Shown in pieces: positions 22,100-36,360 of a DNA stretch of 64,000 nucleotides. The notes beneath the pieces are model-generated. The model saw nothing but the letters and a program-made list of their open reading frames with translations, was not told the origin of the DNA and searched no databases. The stretch's first letter is position 1, and each line of letters opens with the position of its first letter. A program made the position numbers and the translations under genes. The DNA comes from the human T2T-CHM13v2.0 reference genome, Homo sapiens: the NCBI RefSeq assembly GCF_009914755.1, contig NC_060935.1. The stretch is one strand, 5' to 3'.

Positions 22100-23779
22100 C
22101 TTGGGTCTTGTAACATGTATAGAAAGGAGGAATGAAAACTTGTGACTAGAGGGATGATCTACATAGCTGTACAAGTCTCTTAGAAACAAATCCTTCGTAC
22201 TCTCTTCTCCTTAGGAAATGAAGATGGAAGTGGCTCCATCACTTATCAGAGGCCACACAAGAAATGAGCAGCAGTCAGGATTAGACAACCAGAGATAGAT
22301 TCAGGCAACCAGCAGTGCTGTCTTCTGTCTTCAAAGACACCTGTTGATTAAATATGGCATTGGGGGAGGGAGGAGAAACTCTATTTCACCAGATGACACA
22401 AAACTGTGATTATCCTTCTCATCCCTTCCTTCCCAGGGGATTTCACCATGAGCAATCTTTTCAATTGGGCCTTCTATCCTGGGCTACAATTTTAGTTCCT
22501 TTTGAGAATGAGTCAGCAGATAGTGCTTGAGAGGAGAAAAAAGAAAAAAAAAGTCTCTCTAAAACTCAAATCAAGTTTCTGTGGGCCTTCAGACAAGTCT
22601 GACATTCTTCCATGAGTTGGCTGGGCCGCTGGTCTCAGTTAGGAATACTGACACTTCACCCCAGCAAACCAAAAACGCAGAGACTCATCACCGTCATTCC
22701 AAGTAGGATCAGAGATGGAGTGTTCAGACGCATTTTCAGATAATTCAGATCAACTTTACAGTACCTTCAAAATTGCTCATCCCTACAAAAATGAAGCAAA
22801 CACTAATGTATTTAAGAGATTTGCCATCTTTGGGAAACAATGTGTCTGCCATTTAGTTTAAGATCAAAATCTCAGAGTATGAGAATTTTTCAAATCACCT
22901 CAAAGGGAAGGCAGACTTGAACACTGAAATGCTTTCCCAAGAGCAAGCCCCATTTACCCAGCCAGTGCTATGTGTCCAAGGCAATGAAAGATCTTATGTC
23001 ACATCTCAGTGCACACATGCAAGAGGCCGGAATTACAGGTGCCATGGGAGCTTTAACCTCGAATTTCTAGACATTGTGTGGGTTTCACATGTCTACTGGA
23101 ATCTAACACTCCAGTAGCAGAATTGTTAGGTCTGAATATATGGGTATTCATTGATGTTATGGGAAAGGAATCGGAGAGTGAGCAATTCTGCAGTACCATT
23201 CATGTAGCAAAAGTGTGAAAACAAACAGGTTAATATTAGAAAATTACTCTGCTCATGAGTTGTTTTAAGTTACTGCTGTTACAGTCTATGGAAAAGCGTA
23301 TGTTTCAATTGAAATTCTCATGTCTACAGAGTCATTTTGTCTTTAGACATTTATGACTGAATTCATACTCATTCATGTATTCAATACTCATTCATGTATT
23401 CATTCACCCAAATGTTGAATAATATTACCAGGCACCAATCTCAATAGAGCATTCATGTAAATGAACAAGAATAAGGTTTCTATGCTATTTCTTCCAGGCT
23501 TTGAGAGAGTAGACATTTCTCTTCTTTCTGATTTTTAGCTCTGAGTATTGGAAATTCCAAAAGAAGCAATACTCATTGGAGAAATCTTTATTTGTGGCTT
23601 ATAATCATAAGGATGGTTAGACACATTTTCTTAAAGGTAACAACCAGTTTATATTCTCCATTGCCCCTTCACCCTTGGTGATATAATTTACTGTAAGGAT
23701 ATTTTTGGAAGGCTAGGTCTTCAGCCAAGGATATTTCTTCTTCTGATTCTCCCTTTCTCAGCTTTAGTTCCTCTATTTA

Positions 23780-24770
<991 letters not shown>

Positions 24771-24775
24771 TATTG

Positions 24776-25081
<306 letters not shown>

Positions 25082-26919
25082 TTAAGAGAGACACAGAAAC
25101 AGACTTGTAAAAAGGTGAATGGGCACCAAGATTTTATCCTGAATGTGCTGGTCCCGGTGACTTTAAGATTCGAAATTGAGGTAAATGCAGGGAGAAATTG
25201 GCTGGCCTAGGATCCGGAGACCTGAGTTCCAGCCCCAGCTCTATCCCAAACTAGCTATGGGATGTTAGGCAAGTCACTTCACTTCCTCATCATTCATGTT
25301 AAAGGTCTTCTCATATATAAAATGAAGGTATGATTTCAAAATTTGCTTTCAGCTCTCATGTTCATTTGACTCTGATCCTAGACAGGCTTTAAAACATTTC
25401 TTATTTGGGGGTGTGGATGATAGAACCTCACGTAGATGTTCTATCTGATCCTGTGTGGCTCTTCTCCCATAATCTCAGGGCTACATTTTGTACTGTGGAG
25501 TGACCCTCAAGGCCAGGTGAAGGCAGGGGCTCTCAGCAGGTGCTTGGTGAGTTTCTCCGAGCTGGTTGTTTTTATTGCCAAGTGACACTAGAACTGTGCT
25601 AATCCCTTTCCGTTAATGCAAACTAAGAATAGGGCCTGACGCCACTCTGGGGTCTTAGATTCTTTTCCGAAATTTGGTCTCATTTAAAACCCAAAACACT
25701 CTTTGGCTCCAAGCGTCTTTCCCGTGGCCTTTAAAAAAATCCTGTTTAATTGAAAGGAAATTGAATTTGTCTGGTTTTGATTCATTTACACTTAACTCTT
25801 CTAAAAACAATAATTTGATGTCCAAGGAGAATTTTGAGTCTCTTAATGGGTTTTCTGGAAGGCTTTGTTTCTTCTTGTTAAAACAGGAAGTGGTGTTCTA
25901 TGGGCAAACACAGTCAACCCCAGAAGGCCCCAATTCAGTTTGAAACTGTATCACCCACCATTTTGCATGGGTCCTCATGACCCCAAGCTAAGGCCTTTCT
26001 TTCCCTAGTACTCACCTAAGAGAAAGAGATGCTCATCTTTCATCAGAGGGGGAATAAAAATGAGGAAGAACAATCATAGTTATAAAGAGAATAAGTTATC
26101 TATCCAGCTCAAGGTGACAATATCTATTCAAACCTTTAAGACATGCACTTGATCCCTGTAACAACCCTGTGATGTATGTAATATTTCCATTTTGAAGAGA
26201 TTGGGTAAGTTACTCATGGTCATACAGGTAGAAAATAGAAAAGCAATTATTGGAACCTAATCCTGCTTACTTCCAAATTCCATAAAGCTTAGCCACTGTG
26301 ATACATCACCAGATTGATACATACATCTCCATATAGTTTAGGCTACGAGCCCATCTATGGGGACCATGTAGGTTTTGTTACTATTTGTTTTATCTCTTTG
26401 TCTAAGTGACCACTATCCACAGTCTGCACCGGTCAGATTCATGAAACTGCTCAATTCTTCACAACTCTTTATTCAAGAAGGCCTATTTCCCAGGTAAGAA
26501 AGCCTGCCTGGCTTTGTTAGCAGGTGCACTGGTGTGAAACTGACAGGTTCTCTTTTTACATAATGATCCAATGAGTTGATTTTTAAATGTTTTATAGCTC
26601 AATAGAGAACGGCATATTCTTTGACCTGCCAAGGCTTCCTCCTCTACCCTTGTACCTTCGTTCTTTCTTCCTTTCCTCCTCGAAATCTTGCTCTCTTCTT
26701 CATTCTATTCCACTCATATACACACAAAACTATACACAATTTTTTTTAAAAAACATAACAGATTCAGGAGGTTATATAAAACACAAAGAAGGGAATGTTT
26801 TGCGAGGTTAAAAGGAAATCATTGAGTAGGGCTGACTTCAGGCTCCAGTTTCTCTTGAATAGCCTTTCTTGTTATTTCAAGGCTGATTGACTTATAACTG
26901 CATCCAAAGCTGCCTCACA

Positions 26920-27045
26920 CCAGTTCCTTTTATCAGACCAAGTGAGACTTCCTGTGGACTGGCCCAGCTTCCTGATATATTTCCTTTTTCCTTTGGCAGA
27001 ACAAAGAAAACCATAGCTCCAAGGATCCTTGGGAGCAAACACAAT
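26920..27045. promoter_or_regulatory. Candidate haematopoietic/endothelial enhancer (possible orthologue of mouse Fli1 +12)
   Basis: TTATCA 26930-26935, E-box CAAGTG 26939-26944, ACTTCCTGT 26947-26955, CTTCCTG 26968-26974; about 11.5-12 kb downstream of exon 1. Confidence 0.55.
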
Positions 27046-30000
27046 TTAGCCCTGAAGAACCTATTATTTTAAATTTTTCATTCTCAATGCGTAGGGCCAA
27101 GCGCCTGCCTTTGCTTTTTTTTTCCCCACAGCATTCTGTGTAATGTCCCGATGAACCCTATGTGCAATTACCAGGGGTCGATGAGCTACTTGAATTCATC
27201 CTAGTTGTAGTTTGATTTTATTCAAAGTAGGAAAATTAAGCCATTTTCAGTGCACAAGCACCCCCACCTCATACACGCATACACCTTCAAGAGGGACGTG
27301 GAACACCTCTCTACATAGGGTTTAACCTTTTGTTACCTGAGCTCAACACAACAGGTGTGCAAGGAAACCCTCTTGTCTAGAGATTTCAACCTATCTGTTT
27401 TTGCAGTTCTGACTCTAGAAACATGCGTATAGGAGAAGAAGCTTCAAGGTGTATCCAAAGGATCATCAAAGTCAGTTGAAGAAGAAATTCCAGAAATTGA
27501 GTTGAGATCGCTGCTTTTCTCTTTTGCCTGGAGTGTCTCCCACATCACTCCATACAACGTGGCCTCACTATTCACTCTACACATTACTACTGAAAGACCT
27601 TTAGGCATGACCCAGGGTAACAAGGGAGCACTGTTAAGAAAGTTGCTTGTTTCTCTGTCATATCTCCCAAAGTACCTATCACACATTGCCAACTTAGGAT
27701 AGCCCCCTCCCCAGTAGTCTCAAAAAGAAAGAGGCCATTGACGGAGAGACAACTGAGGCTTCAAGATGTAGTGTGTCAAAAGATGGGAACCAGGCAAGAG
27801 CCCCTGGAAGCAGAACTCAAGTATTCATGCCCCCAAACACCACGCTCTACAATGAGGGTGTTTTCTGGAGCAAAGATATCAAGGCTCATTTAACCCACAG
27901 GGACTCCTGCTTCTTTGTTCATTGGTCCTATTTTCTGACCATTGTCATAATATTTCTGGGTGATTGAAGAGGGCACTTTCCATAGGAACCACATGGGTAA
28001 GTGAGTAATCATGTAGCCACCCAAATTTTACTAAAGTAGATTTTTCTCTTTAAAAGGATTGCTGATTTGGAAGAGGGTAAACAACAAAACAAATGTAGCT
28101 CTTCTGGCAAGAGGCATTTCTTAGGGCTAATTCAACATGGTTAATTCATAATGATTTTTCCTAACCCAGTTCTCATTGTTATCATGTCTAGTTGAAAATG
28201 GATTTAAAGAATATTCACAAAGAAGAAAATAACTCAGAAACTATGTGGCATGAGGAGACTGTGAGGGGGTTATGGGCACGGTTGGTGTGCTCTGCTTTGT
28301 ATAACCTGCTTGGGCGATAGCAAAGGCAAGGGGTTAAAATGACTGCCCCACACTATGAGCTTAGGATCTTTCTTTTCCCAGCACGATACTCTGTCAATAG
28401 CCCTGTACCCAAGTTCATGAACAGTCAGGAATCCTGAAGAAAAGATTCATACATTATCTTAAGCAACTTCCCCCGCCCTGATAACACTGCCTGTAGAGAA
28501 CCATGCTAACCTGCCCTTCGACTTCTCCATAATAAGAACACATTGGTCGAAGGGCACAAGTCCTCTTTCTCAAATACGGTCTTTGGTGCAACATAGGACT
28601 TCCCTAGAGGTGAGGGACTTGAAGGGCACCTGTACTTTTTGCACTTTTCTAGAAAGGAGAGGGAGAAAGAGCAGGTGACTTTTCTAGAAACGTCATTTCA
28701 GGAAACCAGCATGTGGAGACTTCCCAGGGTGCCTTGGGGAAGGCATCCAGCCCTGTGGCTGTGCTGCTCTGGGCTTCTAAGCCATTCGTTTTGGAGACTG
28801 TGGGTCTCTATAAACATACTGAGTCTGAAGTGTGGTAAAGGAATTACCATGGCTCCCCCTCCCTGCCTTCTTGGAGTTTGCCCCCTGAGTTTTGTAGACA
28901 AGCCATGACAGGGCAGTAGGACTGGGTTTAGAGCTCATCAGAATTATTTATTTCTTCCTATCAGTTTGGACAGGGTATGACCCAGACTCTTCTCTGCCCA
29001 GAGCACCCTTTTAAAAAATTTAAAACCCTGTGTGTATTTCATGGGAAATTTCACATGCCTGTTTCTGATTCACTTCCAATTAAAGGCTCAAAACACTGGT
29101 TTTGTAAGAGCTCTTTGATGATTCAGATTCTTGTTGGTTCATCTTTTTTTCTCTCCTAAATGTCCATAGAAGCTTAATAAATGTTGTTCAGACATTTGCA
29201 TGCTTAACTGTTGAAAATAATTGGAAACAGGAAAGAATGTTTTGTTAGTGTGCACAGTACAAGCACACTTACAAGGGAAGGAGAGACACAGCCTCAGTGA
29301 AGGGAAACTCCTGGGAAAACAGGGGTATCCCTGAAGGTGGGTGCCTTGGTTTCCCCATTGCCGGGCATGGGGGAGGAAGCTTTCAGCTCAGAGCTACCAA
29401 AAAGGGAGAGGAGCGTTACATGAGACACAAGAATCCTTCTTACTGTGGTCAGTTACCATCGACAAGCAGTCAGCTGAGTGGTCAGTCTCATCCAAGATGG
29501 AACAGGTGGATTGGCATTTTCCATATGCTAACACTACTTTTAACTCCCTTCTGATTGGAAGGAGTTGGTTGTCTGCTATTAGAGCAAGCCTCGTTCTCCA
29601 CCTCCTTTAAAAACTTTGCTGGTGAAGCTGTCTAGGTGCACCTGTGCCTAGCTCCCCTGAGAGAGTTTTATATATCGGTCCCTCTAAAGTGCTAATGTGG
29701 GCACCGGCTTGGGTAGTCTGAGTTCTGTACCTGGTTTTGCCTTAGGCTGGCTTCGTGACATTGGACAAGTTACTCTCCCCTTCTCAGTGGGTCCATTTAC
29801 CCAAAAGGATTAAGGCTTCTTGATGATCCTCTTCTTCCATGGATTTGGTAAAAAACTGGAGTAGTGAGTTGCTTTGAGTTTCTTCAAGAAAAGCGTGAAT
29901 TAATTACTACACTTTGACTAACTACTGGGTGGCTCATTGGATGGCTTTCTTGTTGCCAATGTAACAAGATTGCTGTAAATCATGCGGCATTTCAGATTCC

Positions 30001-32214
30001 GAGCCTTATTTGGACTTTTTACTAAAGAAAGAGCACCCGCCCCGTCTTTTTATTTGTCAGGCAAAGTTCAGTCAGCCAATATTCAGTTAGCCAAAGTTAC
30101 CAAATGTGACTTCATGCCCACACAATGTAAATATAATGTGTCAATGCTGTGTGCTGTAAGGTGCTTCTTGCCTAAAAAAGGTGAGACAAAACCTTAGGAA
30201 GGCTGGCAGTAAACCTCTGGAGTATTTTGCCAGATTACTGTGACAGTGGCAGAATGATTTTGTGAAAGCCACATGCAGTCTGAAGTTTGGAAATCTAGGT
30301 TCAGACCCACTTATTAATTGTGTGGTCTTCGGTCAGATAATAACTTCTCCAATCTCCTTTCCTACCTGTAAAATAATAGTAGTACTGGTAGTAATAATGC
30401 ATAACGTTAATTTTTCTACCAACCTTACTAATAATAAGAATCAAAAGTAGTATGGAAGTAAAAGCACTTTGTAATTGTAAAGTGCTGTGCAACTGCTAGT
30501 TGTTATTATCTTAGTTATTATTCTCATTCAAGTCGATGCATGAATATAACAGATAATAAATGTAACTTAAATCTGTTGGGTTGCTTTTTTCTGGCCTTAG
30601 TGATTTCAAAGACTTGCTTGCATGTGGTTAAATTCACCAGTTAGTGACTTATTCATATCTCTTTGCCCATGTAGACACCATCCCCTACAAATGCACAAGT
30701 ACAGATCAAACATCCCATATTCCTCCTTTCCCTCCCACGTATCCGGCCATTGTTCTACTTGTGAAACTCCCATCCCAATCAATGGGGGGTTTACGTAAAA
30801 ACCGATGGCAGGATATGAGTGTGGCTTCAGGAATTCCAGGCTTGTGCTGCTGATAAAGAGAGTTGTGTCAAACAGAAAACACCAGAGAAACAAATTCTCT
30901 TGTCCAACCTATGCTACAGCACTCCCTTGTGAATAGTTTTAAAACATCCGTCTGGCTGACCAAATACCTATGGCTGCCTCCACCCATACATCTACGCCAC
31001 CTCTTCTATTATCTTCCCCATGTCCTTGTGGTAATACAGTACAGAACCAGGCTAGAAGTAGGTTAATTCAGAGGGAGATACCAGTAGAACTGAGCTCCCT
31101 GATTAAGGGATGTGAATTTAATTGGGTTGTGACAGTCTGTATTAAGTGTAAATGCTACTAATAGGTTTAACTGACTTTGGTGTGAGTGAAGGGACAACAG
31201 AACAAAAGAAGTAATTTGCCTTGAAGATGATCCTCTTTTAGTGTTGAAGTCACAAGTGATGGAGGCCCTTCTTTCACTTAACGAGGCCAGGAAAGCTGGG
31301 TTGGTCTTTATTCTCATCATGCATCATCAATATTTTAGGAAAGGTCATATTGCTGTCTTTCACGGTACACTGCACAACCAAGTATGATTATGTGACCAGA
31401 AGTGAAGGGAAGGAGAACATTTGCCCATATTCTACCCACACTGAAGTAGCTCAAAAATGAAGAGATGAAGAAAGGAAAATGGAGTTGACCATTTCCATTT
31501 AAGTGCTCATTCAGACATTTAGTATTAAAATGATGAACTTCTTTTGCAATCTTTTTATTGAACGCATTGAACTAGGTATTAGGGTGTTATCCTTGGCCAA
31601 CAGAATTGGGATTTCAAAGTTCATGAGGCCGAACATTGAACTGCTCAAACACTAGTCTGTAGTTCCTAGGGACCACAATCTAGCTAAGATCAGCCCTACT
31701 GCTTTTTCTCCATGACAACAAATCACCACCAAGACCGAGATGCTGTATTGAAAGAGCATGCTGTGTTTTTCCACACTAACACCACAGAGTGAAGGTAAAG
31801 AGATTAGAGAGCATCTCAAATTTATATTTCAAATTATGAAGAACATCTGACACAATGAAAGCAAATGCAGCCTTGCAGAAAATTTATTTGTCTATCTTTG
31901 TGATGTTGGATTGTATAAAGGGTTTGGACATACTCATTGTCCTACCACCTTAACTACATAAAAAAATATAATCTCTTCAGCTACTAAGTTTCTGATTTTG
32001 CATTTGATATGGGAGCAATAGTATTTTATTGGGCTACACAAGGTTCCAAAATCTCTCTTTTGAAGATATTCATGTGTAGGAAACTCTGTAACAGATATAG
32101 CTCTTGCACAATTTTTAGGAGAAGAGATTTGGGAAACTTTATCAGTTTTTCTCAACCTTTTTAACTCTATCTTAAAGTCCAAGGAAAGTGAAAGATTAAG
32201 AAAACTTTCCTTAT

Positions 32215-32443
32215 CAGGGCTGTCCAACAGAACTTTCTACAAACATGGAAATGTCCTGTTCTGCACTGTTCACTATGGTAGCCACTGTACTCTCTATTTG
32301 AGTGGCTATTGAGTATTTGAAATATGGCTAGAGAAAGGAAATGTAAAATTGTGTTCTTTTTTCATTAAGTCAATTAAGTTTAATTAGTTGATTAATCTAA
32401 TTAATTAAATATGGTTAGAAGCTACCATAGTGGGCAGTACAAG
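32215..32443. mobile_element. MER3-like hAT-Charlie DNA transposon
   Basis: gctgtccaacagaactttct...atggtagccact...gtggctattgagtatttgaaatatggctag. Confidence 0.75.
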
Positions 32444-33224
32444 ACTGCATCATTCAAGTTAAAAACATCATCTTGAAATCTGAATTCAGTCAGAGGGGCA
32501 TATTTACACGGATTATTTTGATCTGAGTCAGCAATGTGTTGTCCACATGGAGACTAACACTTCCATTTATTCTTATGACTAACATTAAAGCAAAGCAAAA
32601 TGAAAAGTGAATGTTCAGCATTATCATGTTGGCCTGGGGCTGGAGCTAAGTTTTCTATCCCGTCTCCTGGCTTCATCATCAATTCTCTGCTGACCTTTAA
32701 GAATGTAATACTTTATTTCCCTTTTATCAAATGAGGGCATTTGGAATTTATCAAAAGGATAGTCACGAATCATGATCGAATGTTTATTGGGCTTATCAAA
32801 GAAAGGTATGGGCTTTGCCCTATACCTTTTCATTGAAAAATAATCTTGGCCAAAAGGAATCCCTATTATACATAATGGCGATTTCAGTTTCTCCATTTGC
32901 AAAATACTGGCATTGTACTTGCTTATTTTTAAGGTCATTTTTAGCTCTAATGCTTTATGCCACCATGAAAATATGATTTCCTATTAGGTAGAGCTCCATA
33001 CTATTAACAGATGGTTTGCTTTTCTAGTTCCCAGATCCCTATAACCGTTTGTAATATTTCTTCTTAAGTATAAATGTGAACAAAGCACTTTAATTTAGCA
33101 AATAACCAGCTAAAGTGGTAGTCTTTGTCTTTTTTTAAAAAAATTTTATTTTAAAACTTACTAGTTAGACTGGTAGTCCTTGAAAGCCAATTTCTCTCCA
33201 ATGAGTATTCCCTAGGTTTGTATT

Positions 33225-33651
33225 CAACACAGTTTGGTCGTTTGTCCTCTCCAAATCTCATGTTGAAGTATGATTCGCAGTGTTGGAGGTGGGGCCTGGT
33301 GGGAGGTGATTAGATCATGGGGGGCAGATCCCTGGTGAAGGAATTAGTGTCATCTCTGGGCGAGAAGTGAGTTCTGGCTCAGTTAGCTCGCCTGAGATCT
33401 GGTTGTTAAAAGAGTCTGGGACCTCCTCCTTCTCTCTCTTGCTCCTGCTCTTGCTATGTGACACGCTGGCTCCCCATTCACTTTCCACCACAATTGTATG
33501 CTTTCTGAGGCCTCATCAGAAGCAGATGCTGGCACCATGCTTTCTGTACAGCCTGCAGAACCATGAGCACCATGAGCCAAATAAACCTCTTTTCTTTATA
33601 AATTACCTAGCCTCAGATATTCCGTTATAGCTACAGAAAATGGATTAAGCT
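33225..33651 (+). mobile_element. MST-family MaLR solo LTR
   Basis: ccaaatctcatgttgaa...gttggaggtggggcctggtgggaggtg...gcctgcagaaccatgag...aataaacctcttttctttataaattacc. Confidence 0.88.
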
Positions 33652-33671
33652 AGTGCTGTTCTATGGTACAC

Positions 33672-34012
33672 TGTATTAGTCTGTTTTCACATTGCTGGTA
33701 AAGATATACCCGAGATGGGGCAATTTATAAAAGAAAGAAAGAGGTTTATTGGACTTACAGTTCCACATGGCTAGGGAGGCTTCACAATCATGGCGGAAGG
33801 CAAGGAGGAGAAAGTCACACCTTACACGGATGGCAGCAGGCAAAAAGAGAGCTTGTTTAAAAACCATCAGATGCCATGAAACCCATTCACTATCATGAGA
33901 ACAGCACAGGAAAGACCCACCCCCAGAATTCAATCATCTCCCACCAGGTCCCTCCCGCAACATGTGGGAGTTATGGGAGCTTTGGGTGGGGACACAGAGC
34001 CAAAACATATCA
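33672..34012 (-). mobile_element. THE1-family solo LTR
   Basis: TG...CA termini, 5-bp TSD tacac (33667-33671, 34013-34017), THE1 consensus motifs on the reverse strand. Confidence 0.92.
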
Positions 34013-34729
34013 TACACTTTCCAAAGATCTATATCCTTGATATCCTGAGACATGAAGCAATTTCTCTCTACCCTTCATACTTCTCACCCATGGATAATAG
34101 AAATATATTGCCTGCTACACCTCCTGTGGTTTTAGAATCACTGTGAGGAATAAATACCCCAGGCTTTCTCATGGGGAGATCTGACTTCATTACTGAGGTC
34201 TCGCTAATGAGCAGACCTATAGCAGCTTTTTCTTTGGAAGTCTTCAGGTACACATCATTGTGAAGGTCAATCCTGTGTCCATCACTGAATGGCATAAATT
34301 TGTGAGGTGAACTGTTTAAAACAAAGATGGGCAGACTCCTCTCAGAAAATGAGGCCATGTTCCTAGAGGTCCAACTCTATGTAATGGTCTTAGGGGTGAT
34401 GAAGCACTGTAGTCCTGCTTCTCACTCATACCTGCCCTCCAGAAAGGATAAAATTATAAATGTCCAATTAGAGTCTTTATTAGTCTCTTCCTATGTAGAA
34501 TTTATCAATAGTTTGACAGTTCTGCAGCTCATGCATTTTCAGAAAAATCCTTCTTCAGTTTAAAACATTCCACCATTGTTTTTTGTTGTTGTTTTTTCAA
34601 ATTGCATTGGGAAGAAGGTAAGGAGTATGTATAGAATACAATTCTGTGAACAAAGTGAGTGAGTTACTTGCTCCTTGAGGGCAGAAACTCTGGCCATTTG
34701 TCCTCAAGTCCTCAGTGCCTGACACATAT

Positions 34730-34990
34730 CCATGTATTAATTGAGCTGCTTCTATGTGCCAGGTGCTGGAGTACAGCAGTAAAGCAGACAGGTATAGTTC
34801 CTCCTTGGACAGAGGTAATAGTCAAGGCAAAAAAAAAAAACAGTTATTGAGCTTGTTGTTATAAGTGCAAAGGGTTCTATGAAAGGGGAAGTATGGGGTG
34901 CCTCGGGAGGGCACAACGTGGGGACCTAACCTAGTCTCAGAGGTCAAAGGCTTCCTTAAGGAAGTGACATTTAGGCCGAACCCTGAAAGA
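34730..34990. mobile_element. L2 fragment
   Basis: tattaattgagctgcttctatgtgccaggtgctgg...ggcttccttaaggaagtgacatttagg. Confidence 0.65.
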
Positions 34991-35916
34991 TAAGCCTCGG
35001 AGTCAGTATGAAAGAGAACAGGCCTTCCAATAAGTCTTTACTGGATGAGTGAATGAATGAAATGGCCACCCGGGGCATTGCTAAATTAAGTACCTTGAGC
35101 TTAGTCATCCTAACCATAGTCCCCCCAGGCATTATCTGTGTGGCCATAAGCCATTTTCTTAGCCACTCTCTTCTTCAGTAAAGGCAAGTAGAGTGTAATG
35201 AAGAATACTGTGAGAGGACAATTACCTTAGAAGGCATTATCAGACTAATGTTTTACTGAGTGCATAGAGTACATATCTATAGGTTAATATGCCTTTACTA
35301 TGCAATGCATCCAGAAATTTCAAAGTCAAGAAGATTCTAGGAGGCTGAATTCCACCTTTAGAAATCTCAGCTATGAAAGCTCTGGGTTTCAACTTGATAT
35401 AACTCTTCACTGGCCAGAAAAAAAAAAAAAAAAAAAAACGGCAACTCTTTGGCAAATAGAGCTCTGGAAGATGCGCTGGCTGGCGCCGACATAAACTGCT
35501 ATCCTGATCTCCATCAAAGATGTGGGCCTTCTCATGCTGCAGTTTCCTCAACTGCAGAACAGGGAGATTCTTCCAATGATAATTTTACCTCGAAGTGATG
35601 TTGTAATAAAGATGGTGGTAAAAGCATTTTGCAAGATCAAAAAAAGAAACACCTACTAAACAGGCATGCTGTCTATATCTGGTGTTTGTTAGAATTTCTG
35701 AGGAAACCCTCTGGTCTAAGATTCTAGAGAGTCTACAGAGGTTGATAACTGGGATTGGCTTTTAAGATCTTTTCTGGAATGGCTGTTCCCTTTACCTCAT
35801 TATTACTTTAAACAACTTTGGCAGGAGATATCAGTAATGCCAATAACAATAATGATGATGATGATGATGGTTACTGAGTAGTTACTGATGAGCCCAGCAC
35901 TGTGCTAAACACTTGA

Positions 35917-36360
<444 letters not shown>

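Noticed and set aside
23365-23403. 19-bp tandem repeat (and 10-11 bp duplications at about 16880-16945)
   Set aside because: Ordinary slippage duplications; no repeat-spacer structure, so not CRISPR-like.
28512-28556. 11-bp inverted repeat tgcccttcgac / gtcgaagggca with 23-nt spacer
   Set aside because: Roughly expected once by chance in 64 kb; too short for a pre-miRNA.
28643-28690. 13-bp direct repeat acttttctagaaa (two TTCTAGAA cores)
   Set aside because: Only two-unit HSE-like cores with no third unit; wrong spacing for STAT GAS.
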